In this document: piece by piece, positions 50,373-63,602 of the stretch
How the letters are laid out: each line of letters begins with the position of its first letter
Position numbering within the stretch: the stretch's first letter is position 1
Origin: Aplysia californica
Taxonomy: Eukaryota
Assembly: GCF_000002075.1 (NCBI RefSeq)
Contig: NW_004797562.1
Span: 285,901 to 349,900, forward strand
Reading direction: 5' to 3'
DNA length: 64,000 bases
Notes under the pieces: generated by a model
The model's database searches: none
What the model was told of the DNA's origin: nothing
The model's input: the letters and a program-made list of their open reading frames with translations, nothing else
Position numbers and translations under genes: made by a program

Positions 50373-51001
50373 CCCCTTGACTGAGCTGTAGACGTGTCTC
50401 AGTGCTCGGTAAACGTATCCCGTATGGTGGCTGATATCCGAGTCTTGTTTCATTGATAACTCAGCTTCTACTAGGTTTTGAAGTGATATCCCTGGAAAAT
50501 TAATAATTTAATTTTAGCAGTGAGGTCATATCTACTGGGCCGGAAGAATGAATTCTAGTGTGACATGTGTTGTTTCTTCTAACACACATCGTGTGAGATT
50601 GAGTCGACATGTCCGACTCGAAGCACTTGTTCAGTCTAAGTACTTTATACTTGTTACATCATTATGGCTTATTCTACCCCTGTCTTGTCTATGAATAAAG
50701 CCACCTCTTCATTTCTCTTTCTATTGATATATTGTTTGATGAGTAGCCGGAACTTTGTTACCAATAATACTTATATAATATATTAATGCGCTGTCTTTCT
50801 CCCCCACTTCCAGCATACAGAGCAAACGCGCAGAACCAGAGCGCTTGTTCAGTCTTAGTATGGTCTTGTCAATGGATGAATTCATCTCTTCAATTCTCTT
50901 TCTATTGGTACAAGTTTTACCATTCTGTCTCTTGAAATAATAACCGAAAAACCGTTGAATAAAGATTTGGCCTCTTCTGCAAGTGGTTAGCAGTCAAGGG
51001 A
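50373..51001. mobile_element. piggyBac-like MITE just 3' of the zinc-finger stop codon
   Basis: TTAA-ccccttgactg ... cagtcaaggga-TTAA. Confidence 0.75.
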
Positions 51002-51101
51002 TTAAGAAAAGACAACAGGTATTATAATATGGTCACTGCCCCCCCCCCCTCCCTGCCTCTCCCTTTCCCTCTCCCTCTCTCTATTTCTCTCTCTCTCTCT
51101 C

Positions 51102-54100
51102 TCACTGATAATAGTAGTAACTTGGGAAGGTGGCGTTGGGGTTGTACTGAAGCGTGGTGGCTGAAGACGGGCCTGCCCTCATGTCCATAACATTTCTGGA
51201 TGCATCTCTGCTATTGTCCAGTTGTGCAGTGGCCAGTGTTCGAGGAACCTCTCTCATGTCCAGTTCATTTGTGGTCAAGAAGGTTCTGACAGCTGCAATA
51301 CCAGTAGTGTCTCTGAGGTCCATGAGGGTGGTGGTTGCATTGGTGTCTCTCATGTGTAGGATGTTGGCGGGCAGGGCGATGGTATCCATGTTCTGGAGGT
51401 CTGCAATATCATGTTGTTGCTGCTGCAGCTGTTGTTGTTGTTGTTGTTGTTGCTGCTGATGCAGTTGTGGCTGCAGGCTGCCTCCAGCTCTCTCGAGGTG
51501 CTGTAATATATTAATATAATTAAGCAGCGTTCAACCTGGATTAAATAAAACAGTACAAGTCTGCCTATTTCTACTAATTTTTTATTTTTTGCTCAAGAAC
51601 TTAATCAACTCCCATACAGATAAAGGTGCGTAAACTACTGGACTTACAATGGGTTTTTGAAAAGAAAAAAAATTGAGGCTTTTCTCTTTCACATGTCCTA
51701 CCTATCAGCCGCTGAGTCTTTTTGTTGACTCTTATAATGCCCCTGCCAGGGTGGCTCATAAGTTTGGTGAATCATCTATAGCCTACCATGGGTCCAAGTC
51801 AAATTCAAAGCACCCAAGCTGGGAATTGGCTTACATGTAATTAAGTGGCACAGTGCTTACCTGTAGTCAGGTAGTATGGTGGCATGGTTTTCCTATAGTT
51901 AGGTGACATGGCTTACCTGTAGTAAAACTGTAAAGTGGCATGGCATACCTGTTGTTAGGTACTTAAGTGGCACGAATTACCTGTAGTAATGTGGCATACT
52001 TTACCTATATCAACTCTTTATCTCCGGCAAGCGGCTCGCAGTCGGAACCACTTTAATGCCAGTGAGCACATTCCTTTACGAAGACTTCGACATCAAATTA
52101 CTTTTCAGCAATTGCCGAAAACAGGTCTCTTATACCGGAAGTTCATTCATTAGATGAAGAACTATCAAAATAGGTTTGCTAGTTTCAATTTAGTGACCCA
52201 TTTAATGACGTTTATGTTATTTTTAGATTTCGCACCAAAAAAGGGCCCAGGCATAGTGGGTTTCCCCACCTCGGAGATAAAGAGTTAAGGTAGCAGAGCT
52301 TACCTGTAGTTATGTGGCTGAGACTGTCTTTAGTTAGGAAGCCACGTGGCATTGCTTACATCATGCAGTTAGGTGGCATGGCTTACCTGTAGTAAGGTGG
52401 CACTGTCGGTTTGGATGAGGGTTGCCACCGTCTGCTTGAGGGTGGGAGTGGTCAGCAGTAAAGTGGATGAGGGTTCCCTGCGGTGATTGATGATGATTTG
52501 GTGGGATTGTGGTAGAGGTTGTGGTTGCTGCGGTAGCTGTAGTTGCTGTAACTGTGGTTCTGATGGTTGCAATGGTTGTTGTTGTTGTTGTTCTTGTTGT
52601 TGCTGCTGCTGCTGAAGTGGTAAAGGAAGAGGTGCAGCTGCTGTTGCAGGCAATGTGGCAGTGATCTCGGCTTTGCTGACTGCTGGGTCTGGGAGGGTTG
52701 TAGCCGACATCTCAGCAGCCTGGGGCAAAGCTGGTGTCTGTCTCGTCCTGGCTGGGGGACAGAGGAAGTCAGGTGCCACTTAAAAAATCAAATTGTGTCA
52801 ATAGCCTTATAATACAAATATAGAGCAATCTGCTCACACGGAAATCTGCAGGACAGTTGAGTTTTCAATTTAGAGAGGTTGCTTGAAAATAGGGTTTCCT
52901 TCTGTTTAACATTGTTTGTGGATTAACCATATTTGTTTTTAAGTGAACTCCACTGCTCTACTGAGATATGCCTCAGAATTTGTTGAATCCGAGTTGTGGT
53001 TATGAAAAAAAAGTGTAACTAAAAAACGCATTTCTTATTAGTAATGATAGGAACATCTGTTCTGAACGTGTCACAGCACGAGTTTAACGGACAGAACCAC
53101 CAATGATGCCCCAAAATGCTTAAAATTTCAGTGCAATGAAAAGAAGCTCCTCATACCTCAACAATCAGAGAAACCATGGCAAACGACATATTCTTGTCTG
53201 GTACCCTGATAAAATTTATTTCCTGATTACCAGTGTGTCGAAATCTTACCTCCCTTTCCTTTCACTGGGCCTTCTCTCGTGTGCACTTTCGCATGTTTTT
53301 TCAGTGTGCAGGACAATTTGAAAGTGGACCCACACACAATGCATAAGTAAGGACGTTCCCCTGAAAAGTAAATAATAGACCAGTACTTAAAATTCTGTAA
53401 AATGTCCACACTAACTTTATGAATCATATTCCACATATTGCAATACTTGTGTTCATTTTCTTTTGAAATATGTTTTTTTCTCATGATGAAACTTATTCAC
53501 CCAGTTCCAAAATATACACAAATAACTAAGAGCAACAGTGTAGACCAAGGACGTGTTTATTACACATGTCATAGAAGTGTTACTGGCATCCGTTGTATAT
53601 TGGTCATGCGTTTTGGTGTTCCATACCTGGATTTTGATTTCCATGTCAATTTTGCTATGTTGCATGCTAGACTCTATGTTAGACATATCGCTACCTGTTT
53701 TGAGCTACTAAGACCGAGCTCTACCAAAATCATTAGATTATTAGGAGTTGTTATTTGAAGAATTACATTAGAATAAGCTTGATGTTTTGTGAAATTTGAA
53801 ATCTTTGGTGTCAAATTTCTCAAAACTAGGTACTGAGCAGATAAAACTTTGTAATTCTGAGGAAGCGATATGTGGAATACTAGCACACCCACCAGAGTGT
53901 GTTCGTCGATGGTTGACCAGTGTGCTGTGTCGCGAGAAGCTCCTGCCACACGTCTCACACTTGTACGGTTTCTCTAGCGTGTGCACACGTCTGTGGTGAC
54001 GCAGCTCGGCCGGACATTTGAACTTCTTCTCGCAGAAGTCACACGGGTGGTCGAAGATTCCCTGATGGATTTTCATGTGGATTTTGAGGCTGTTCTTCAT

Positions 54101-57100
54101 TTGGTACACCTGAAATGTCAAGAGAAATTCCTAAAAATCTGATGATGTGTAACTTCCTGGTACAGTGGAATCCTGTTATAACGAGAGGGAGGGGACCGGT
54201 GCGAAATGTCCGTTATAGCTGGATTCTCGTTACAAGAGATCCAGTAATAAATTGAAGGGAAATAGTAAAGTAGGCCTAATCTATGAGTTTGGCGTTCCGC
54301 TCATTCCTTTTTGTATTTCCCCTGATGATGATTTGTTCAACATGATGTCTAGGTCTTACTAGATCAAAAATCGAATCAGGTTTATTTCTCTAGGACTAGC
54401 ACTAGTAATGTTGACAGCTCGGCGTTGGCGATCAGACAGAAGGGGCTCTGGCTCTAGGCTAACTCGCCCGCTGTGTTGTCCCCCACCACACCCTGTGGTG
54501 CGTTGCGTCTGCTTGCGCACGTCACACATTCACTCCATCTATCACAGCATTGTGACCTCTACATCCCGCACCAGAGAAGTGAGAGGCACGGTATGCCTAG
54601 ATACACATGTATAATAATATAGACTGGGCTGGCCTATCACGCGATGCGTTCTGCTTGTCTGCACATGCCACACCCTCCCCACTCATTCGCTCCAACCTTC
54701 ATTGTTGGTTCGCGTGAGCTCTCCCATTTTTTGTTTCGCTGGATCACCAACAATTGGCGAGGTTTTAATATGTTTAATTGGTCTGTGGGCTGTGCACAGC
54801 AGCAGCAATTATTCCGCTATAACCGACTCGCGTGACTGTCTGATAGCGCAATAGCAGTATTTTATTTACAAAGATAAAGAAGGAGAAAAAACGGGGTTTT
54901 AGAATAGTGTCTTTATAACAGACTTCTCGTTGTTTCAGGACTCGTTGTAAGTGGACTCCACTGTACACCCATGAGTACAGGGTGTAATTAAATTCCTGTT
55001 ATGCCTGAAAGCATGAGATAGAAATTCTTTGGGGATTGTAGTGTTGACAAGAAAGGGGATTAAAATAATGAGATCTTTGCTATATAATATTCTCTGGCAG
55101 TAAAGGCACACTGTACACAGCAGTTGCTGTTATAACTAATACAGTGGAACTCGGATTCAACGAGGTCGTCGGGCCTGACCTAACATCTCGTTGAATTCGA
55201 GTGTTCGATATAGCAAACGCGGGGTTTTGAGTAGATAATTACAGGCACTGAGCAAGTAATGTACAAGAGAAGTCACAAGTAGTGCCTGAAATGCCTGCAT
55301 ATTATGAGCTGTGTAAAAAAAAAAGACCGATTCGTTCAAACACACACGCCTGTGTCATCTCGATTGTTTACCAAAAAGTTGTGTTGCTGTGTAGAGCCTA
55401 GCATACGGCAACTTTTGATTCCATAGACCAGGGCTCAATTCAGTCTGCAGATCTACGTCAAGACTAGCTTATTATTGTAATAATGATCAGTTGCCAAGGA
55501 GAAAAAAAGACTGACGCGTTTGTATTTGCGACGTTCAACGCCCGGACCGCTAGTGCCCCCTCCCCGACTCGCACACACAGCCACAAGAGTGCAGGCCGCC
55601 CAACCGACCCCTACACACGCCAGAGTAGACGCGTGCCAAGCCAACAACGCATGTGTTGGTTGTAGAAGAACGTATAGGTCGCATGCAATCGGCTTAGTGA
55701 ATAATGGTTCACGATGCAGGTGCAATGGATATTTTCCAGGAATAGACAAAGTTCATTCTGGGAGAAAAATTTGCGAAGCCACGTCTGCGGGGGCTGTTCA
55801 CCCTCTAAGCGGCCTCGTTGAATCCGAGCTCGCTGATTTAAGTGCCCGTTGAATCCGGGTTACTTTTATTGATTTTAAAGAAGAAAAAAACGGGGAATCT
55901 ATCTCATATCGTTGAATCCGCATTCTCGTTGAATCTGAGCTCGTTAAATCCGAGTTCTACTGTAGACTGATGTGAAATCAAAACAATGCAGTGAATTTTG
56001 CTTGAATAAATTAATGTAGATCTGTGTGTTAAAATGAAAGCTTGAAACAAATTCAACAATGAAGAGAAGAATACCCAACAAAATAAATGTACAGTGTCCC
56101 TAAAGAAATTCTTTATATGTAGGTGTTTTTACAACCCCATCGACACAATGGGAAAAAACTCGAGTTAAAAGCAGACTCGATGTACCTTTCCACAAACTTC
56201 ACATCCATACGGCCCCAGTTGTTTGTCTGCCGATTCTGTGTGTCTGCGCTTGTGGGCAGTGAGGTCGTAGCTCCGAGTGAAAGATTTGCCGCAGGTATGA
56301 CAAAGATGGGGACGTTCAGCTGTTGATACACCAAAAATTATTTGTCTTAAAGTTTCACGATCATGGACTTGCAGAGTCCTTGAAACTTGAATTAAAATAC
56401 TTTGTCACGTAACATTTCTCTCTTCTTTTGTATTGCCTCTTATTGAAAATGCAGCTGAGCTTTGTGACTAGTGGTTCTCTTTCATGAAGTGCAGAAGGAT
56501 AGGGAGACAGGTTGCAAGCACGGCACATCTTACATGAGCAAATCAGTACCATAAGCTTTCTTTTACATTTTGCACTAACGAAAATAGAAAGCTCCACACC
56601 TCATCATTGTGGTAATCAGAAACATTGCATGTAATAATGCAACTGTATACAGAGTAGATTTCAAGGACTTGCTGTAGAAATATCGTGCTTGACAGTGTAA
56701 ATAATAGTAATTATAACATATACGGCATGCTATGCTATCCCCCCAAACAGGATACTCTTCTTCTTTCATGAGGGTTTTTTTTTGTTTGTTGTTTCCCCCA
56801 TGTCCTGATTTTGGTGCCCGTTTTTGTTGGTTACGTAAAAAGAAAGTAATGGTGCAGATTGTTATATGAAAGGGGAATTGTTGAGTCGGTAATGATGATG
56901 ATGATAATGCTGCTGATGATGATGATGTTGTTGTTGGCGATGGTGACGGTAATGGTAATTGTGATAGTGAGCATGAGGATGATTATTTATGTTGGCGATG
57001 ATGATGTTCCAATGTAGGAAATGACATGCGTGTTAGTCTTAGTGTTAAGTTCTTTCATGAGGGTTAATTGACACATGTTCCATGGGGGTCTAGGAAATGT

Positions 57101-60100
57101 GGCAGTTTTCTCTTCTCTCTGCAATTGCATCAAACAGGGTGTAAAACATTTTCAATCTGCATGAGCTAGAAGAGGGGAGCAGCAGATGTTCAACTTTCCT
57201 AAACGACCAGTCTAGCAGGAGTGTTGCAAGCAACAGTACACAAAGATAAAAACAGAAATGTTAACAAACTGGTACCTACTTGGGTGTGTGCGGGTGTGGA
57301 AGTAGTAGACACTGCGAGACTTGAAGCTGGCCCCACACAAACGACACGCATACTTGTCCTTGGTGTGGGTACGCCGGTGGATGGCAAGGTCGTGGCCTGA
57401 TTGGAACTTCTTGTCGCAGAAGTCACATGGCATGTCTCGCTTACTGTCATGTGACTTTGCATGGATAGTGAGTCGGAATTTTGTTTTGTATGCCTGTGGG
57501 TATAGAAAGATTTTAGTTGCAGTTTATGATGGTTTCAATTTCGATACAAAAAAATATTTGTGACAACTGTACCATCATAGCACGTCTTTTCCTTTCTGTT
57601 TCAGCAGCCATAAAGTGACCCTGAGCTGTTTTCAAATTTAAATCATGCCTAATCACACTGCTGCAACAAACAGCAGGATCTGGCAATATACAGAGGAGTC
57701 TGCTAAAACCAAACACGGTTAATCCTAAAAGTACTAAAACAGCAGAACAAAAAGTCCCCTGGGTTTTTTTGTTTTTTTGTTTGTGTTTTTGTTAGCAACC
57801 TCTCTAAACTGAAAACCGAGGTTAAACTAAGAAAATCTAGCTGTCCCACACTTTTCAAAACATTTTGAAATGAGTACATTTTCAACCTTCGTAAAGTCTT
57901 CTGCTAAGGGTACAAATTTGTAATGAAGCTCCTATGAATAAATGTTAATTATAGAGTGCATGTTAAAGCAAGCCTCAACTTATTTGAAGCATTAAGGCTT
58001 GAAAATAGCACTTTGCTTTGTCAAAAAAGGAATGGAACTTCAATCCAGCCAATAGAAATAATATTTAAGCATGAAGTTTAGATTTCTTTGTGAACACATG
58101 AGGTCAAGTACCTTCCCACAAATATCACATGTGAATTCACTGGAGTTGTTCTCTCTCTTTGCTCGCTCCTCTTCAGCTGTGTGCGTCAACTTGTGAACAT
58201 TGAGTCCTGAGGTTTGTGAAAATGACTTGCCGCAGATTTGACAACTGTATGGAAGTCTCCCTGTTCCAAAAGAAATTGAATACAGAATACTTATAGTGTA
58301 CATGATGTTTGCCGTATCTTATAGATCTAGCTCGAAAGAATGTAAAGTGGGTGTCGCATTCAACGAGGTTGCCGGGACCTCCTTGTTGTCCTCGTTGGAT
58401 CCGACCTCTCGTTGAACGTGACTAAGGCTAAAGAAAAGAAAGGAGACAAGTTATTATATTACACGATGTAGGCCTACCAATACCAGTAATTAAAACTGTT
58501 GTTCCCCCTGATGACGAGAATCTCAAACAGCATCAGTGTGTGCGTGTTTGAGCGGTGCTCAGGCCGTCATTTCTGCATTTCAAAATTTTTTTTATCCGGA
58601 ACACTTTTCGTGTGGAAACATACCCTCTCACATCTAGGCCTAGATCTACATAAAGTAAAGGCGAGAGCTTGGATTTTCTGATTAGGGGAAGAAAAGAAAA
58701 AAAAATTTTGAACAATCTGGGCAGGGTCCCAAAAATTATTTTTTTTAATTGAAAACAATGGTCTCCCTCAAGACCTACCCTTCTAGAGTTCATCAACTTT
58801 CACCTCACACAGCCCGTATCACGTTCCCTCCCATCCCTACCGTAGGCTAACCCTCACCCATCCTCTTGGCTTTGGGGCCCATTATGAGGCACGCTAGATC
58901 TAGCAACTAGCAATACAATGTGTTAGGAATCGAGGATAGACCTTGCGCTTCGCGTGAGACGGAGAGAAAAGAGAAAAATTCCTCACTTTTGGGGCCGCTA
59001 ATTGCTTTTATTTGGTTATCGCGACCTCATTGAAAGCAACTTCGATCTGTTTGCAAACTCGTTGGAGCTGACGTACATTTACAAAGAGATATAGAGGGGG
59101 AAAAAAATCGGGGATTAAGGATTGTCTCGTTGGAGCCGACTTCTCGTTGAATGCGACCCCCACTGTATCATGAAACTGGAAAAAAGATCCAAATTACGAC
59201 AATTTGTATTTGTACAGTAATAGAAGCGGAGTGACAATGTTTAATAGGACTTATTTGATGTTTTAACAGTGGAACTCTACATTCATGCAGAAGGCATGAG
59301 TTTGACTCCAATATGACACAGTTAGTAAAGGCGAAATATGCTGGGCTAAAGCAGTTCTGGGCCTTGTCTTTTCCATGTACTAAATGACCATTACAGTGGA
59401 ACTCCAATTCAACAAAAGGAGTAGGATTCCCCTGATTTTTTTTATTCATAAAAATCAAAATACAATTAATTCTGATTCAACGAACACATGAATGAGCTAG
59501 CTCGGATTTAACAAAGTCGCTTGCTGTGTGAACTGCTTTTTGCGTCCCATCAGCGGCCTCCTTTCATATCAACACACGCCTTGTTTGCGTGCACCCATGT
59601 CTTAGCATATGTCAGGGTCGGACGGGTGACCAGCACATGTGTGACTGTATGTGCGTGTGTGAGATGGGCGTTGGGGTACAAGCGATTCAGGTGTGGAATG
59701 TCAGTTATAAAGGTACAATCGAGACACACTGGCTACTGATCTATATATTACAATGATAAGCTAATCTTGACATAGATCAATGTAATGAATTGCGTGCTGG
59801 ACTGTGGAATAAAACGTTGACCTGGGCTCTACACAGAAACATAACTTGTTCGGCAAACAGTATGTTATCTAAATGACAGATGACAAAGGCCTGCATTTGA
59901 ATGAATTGGCACTTTTGGAATTTTCCAGCATTTCTTCGGTATCAAAGAAACGAAAATGTTTCTCATTTGAAATCTAACAACTTTTGGTTGAGAAAGTCGA
60001 ATACACTATACATTACTTGCTCGATACCTGTAATTATCTACACCAACACCTCATGTTTGCTCTAAGAAAACTTGGATTGAACGAAATAGAAAGCCTGGCC

Positions 60101-63100
60101 CCATCACTTCGTTGAATCCGAGTTCCACTGTATTGTGTCGATATGCTTCTCTTTATTCAAATTTCAAACAAACTAATTATCCTCACAAGATCACCCGAAA
60201 GCATTCAGAAAGTCTTAAGCCTACCTGTGTGAATCAGCATGTGCGCCTTGAGGGTGCCCTGAGACTTGAAACATTTGTTGCACTCGCTACATGTGTAGGG
60301 ACGGTCACTGGTGTGTTTGCGGGCATGGGCTTTGAGCTCCTTCAATTCTTTGAACTCTTCATTGCAGAATTCACATCGATAGCATTTTTTTGACACATGT
60401 CGCTTCATGTGGGCCAACAATGCACATCGTTGGTTTAGAGACTGAATAAATGAAAGAATAAAGCAAAACATGTTGATGTAAACCAAAATAGAGCACTGAA
60501 GGAGCTGAAGTCCATTTTTCTACAACTGCAGTTCCGTATGTCTGTGTCTGTGTCCAAATGTTTCCTATGTTTACATTGTGCCATAAAAATCAATTTTTCT
60601 CCAAACAGGGAACTTAAGACCTTCAGTTTGTCACCAATATTTGTAACTCTCAAATCACCAGTGCCTTCTACTATCCTATTTCTTTAAACATTTAGGATTT
60701 ACATTATATTATACAAATATGCTAGAACAATAAAAATGACATCAAATAGACTGCTTAGTGTAAAACTCCACCATACACCATTTTGTGACGCATAATGGAG
60801 ATTTTACACTGAGCAGTCGAAGCATGTTCTTGACACAAAGTATGAAGTGCTAAAAAGACTGTACAGTTTCGTATAAGATAAACTAAGGAATCAAAGAGAT
60901 AGTATTATCAGTCTGTTCTTGATGGGTGTCTTGCATTTTTTAAAAATCATATTGGCGCCCATAGTTACCGTAGAGTCTAATTCATCAAACTGATGCTGTG
61001 GCACAGCTACTTCAGAACTTGGCTATTGTGTGTTTAATTCACTCACTACCACAACCGCGACTGTTGCGGGAAAATTAGCTTTGACGCTGTGATACCACAC
61101 CGGCAACCCTCGCGGTTCGCACTTTGGATTTTTTTTTCTCATGTTAAAACCACACCGTTTATGGTACTGGTTCGCCTTTTTCGTAGCCCATTCAATTATC
61201 TTTCATTAGAAAGAAACGAAACCGAAATCAGACCAGCACAAGTTGAGTTATTGATTTTTACTATAGCCATCCTTACAACTAAATTTACTTCCCACTATGG
61301 TAGATCGCTTCTTTGACCGTTTTCGAACATTAGACAACGAAAGTGACTCAGAAACCGATGAATTGGTCGAAGATTGTAATGACAAACTGGGTGGGGAAAT
61401 TTATAAAGAAGAGTAGTAAGGTTTAGTAGGGCCCCCATAACCTAAATCTGGGGTTGCAGTAGTGGGGAAGGGCGTGAGTAGGAGTACTAAGAGAGGCTAA
61501 GGGAACGCAGTTTTTGACCAATTTTTGAAAACTTGTGGAAAAAAAGTAACAATAAAACTGAGCTGTACTTTCATCAGGGCTATCTTTATTTTATTAGTAG
61601 TGAGTGAGTTAAAGATTTCCGACTTTTTTTTGCCCTTCTTGGGCGAGCTTTCTTTTCAGTCTGGTACATGAAGGACAAAGGCTGAAACTAATTTCTAGTT
61701 GAGGTTAGCCTCTAAAATTTGTGCCGTGTAGATCTACTCACTTTGCCACAAATCTTGCATTGAAAAGTGTCTTTCGCATCTTGGCTTTTTTGGCATGACC
61801 GGTCCCGTTTCTTGGGTACTCGAGACTTTGGTTGTTTCTTGGAAGGCTGGGATTTGGAAGTGTCTTTCTTACTCTTAGAGCTCCCCCTGGTCCTGGGACC
61901 AAGCTTTTCCTTTTGTTCTGTTTCTTCCGCATGGTGTGCTTTAATGTGCTCCTCCAATTCTTCTGAAGAAGGGCACCTCTGTAAGCGGAAGATAAAAAGT
62001 TACTTAGAACATCAATTGTGTTTATTTATAAGTCATGGTCTAATCCTTCTTTCTCATTTGATATGATTTCATATCATAATCCATAATGTTTATATGTAAA
62101 AATGTACATTTTCTTGAATGACTTTTTATATTTGCTGTAAATATTTAGTCGGTCACAGATAAAATGAACGCGGAAAACTTAATCCCTGATAGCTCAAACA
62201 TTTTGCCATTCCATAACTGATCGCTTTAATTTTTCATTTTATTCAATTTACCAGGATTATAGAATATGTCAAACACATTTGTCGTTAGCCCCTGGCATTG
62301 GTGAGTTGTCCGTCCCCAACTGTAATTTGCGATACTTTCAGTTGCTTTTCTTTCAATACAGTGCATCCTCTCTATAACGAAATCGTCAGGACCAGAAAAA
62401 AATGTTGTTATAGAGTTGTCGTTAAAGAGAGGCAACGAAAAATTACTCACATGATATGTATATCTGTAAATGAAAAAATCAGGACCTGGGCACCAGGTCA
62501 CTATACAGAGGATGTCGTTTCGAAGGTCATTATTCATTATAGAGAGGCTGCACTGTATTGGGATGCCAGATATTTTCAGTGCCTTTGGGACTACGCAGCT
62601 TGATCCAACCCACCCGGTTTAAGTTAAAGACAAAAATGCAACCCTCCCTGTTTAATTTTTTAGAATTGACCCAATGAAAAGTTTCAAACTGATCTAGTTT
62701 TAAATCACAAAATTTGTTTTCAGTGATTTACTTGCCTGCCCACACATGTCACACTGTCTACTGAATGCTTCTTTTGGATGCTCTTTCCTCATGTGGGCGT
62801 TTAAATTTGAAACATCACCAAAAGCCCTTGAACAAACTGAACACTTGTAGGGCTTTTCTCCTGTATGCACTCTTTTATGTCGAGTGAGTTGATGGGGCCG
62901 AAGGAATTTTTTTCCACAAATGCTGCATTCATACGACTTTTCTTTCTCGTGAATCCATAAATGAGACTTCAGATTCCGTCTGTCTATGAACACTTTTGAA
63001 CAATACGAACATTTGAATTCTTTTGACTGATCTTCAGCAACAGAGGGTTCTAACACATAATCGTCACATATGTCACTTTTTATTATACTAGTATTTGTAA

Positions 63101-63602
63101 TTTGAGACCCTTCGTCTTCAACATCATAAAAGTCATCGTCGAACACAGATTTGTTCAATTTCCTACTTTTATTGTTATTATAGGCCACTTTTCCAGATGT
63201 GTCACCAATTGTGTCAGGGTTCCCATCCTTCCTGTCTGTTGCTGTGAAATCATTTTGGGTCGATTTGCATTGTTGTGCCTTTGTATAGAGAATTTCAATG
63301 TCTTGAAATACAAGTCTGGTTTGCGTTGCTTGCTCTTTTGTGTCAAGGGAGCTACAGAGCAAACTAATATCATTTTCTCTTTGCATAAACTTTGCCACAT
63401 CGCAAATCAGAGAAATTGCAGAGAGTGGTGTATCCAGAAGTTTTATTTTACTTTCCTGGAGAAGCTCAAGAAATAACCCTGCAACTTTTTCAAGTTTGAT
63501 AGCAAAGTCAACACTGCTTGTGCAAGGCTCATGACCAGGAAGACCTGCTACAGCTAACGGACTAACTAGATCTAGTCCACCAAGCATGCAGTCTTCTGCC
63601 AT
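51102..63602 (-). CDS. C2H2 zinc-finger protein with 16 fingers and a Gln-rich C-terminus, about 978 aa from ATG 63602
   Basis: Exons 63602-62736, 61978-61742, 60441-60225, 58260-58112, 57493-57280, 56319-56186, 54109-53893, 53360-53250, 52778-52387 and 51500-51102 splice in frame and restore CxxC-x12-HxxxH fingers and HTGEKPY-type linkers. The start is uncertain: a possible acceptor at 63637 may indicate an upstream exon. Confidence 0.9.
51825..52403 (-). repeat. Degenerate ~24-bp minisatellite of the exon/donor junction
   Basis: The plus-strand unit gtggcatggcttacctgtagtaag recurs about 10 times with variation. Confidence 0.85.
52014..52284. mobile_element. TTAA-type MITE inserted in the splice-donor minisatellite
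   Basis: Perfect 13-bp TIR ctctttatctccg / cggagataaagag flanked by tcaa and ttaa. Confidence 0.75.
54163..54963. mobile_element. pogo/Tigger-like MITE
   Basis: TIR cagtggaatcctgttataacgag / ctcgttgtaagtggactccactg with a TA TSD. Confidence 0.7.
55142..55962. mobile_element. pogo/Tigger-like MITE
   Basis: TIR cagtggaactcggattcaacgag / ctcgttaaatccgagttctactg with a TA TSD. Confidence 0.85.
58345..59165. mobile_element. pogo/Tigger-like MITE
   Basis: TIR aagtgggtgtcgcattcaacgag / ctcgttgaatgcgaccccactg with TA flanks. Confidence 0.7.
59394..60130. mobile_element. Same family as 55142-55962, inverted and diverged
   Basis: TIR cagtggaactccaattcaac / gttgaatccgagttccactg with a TA TSD. Confidence 0.75.
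62359..62555. mobile_element. Short pogo/Tigger-like MITE
   Basis: TIR cagtgcatcctctctataa / ttatagagaggctgcactg with a TA TSD. Confidence 0.75.

Noticed and set aside
56888-57010. (GAT)n-rich stretch as a possible acidic ORC2 exon
   Set aside because: It has no good splice sites and looks like a simple trinucleotide repeat.
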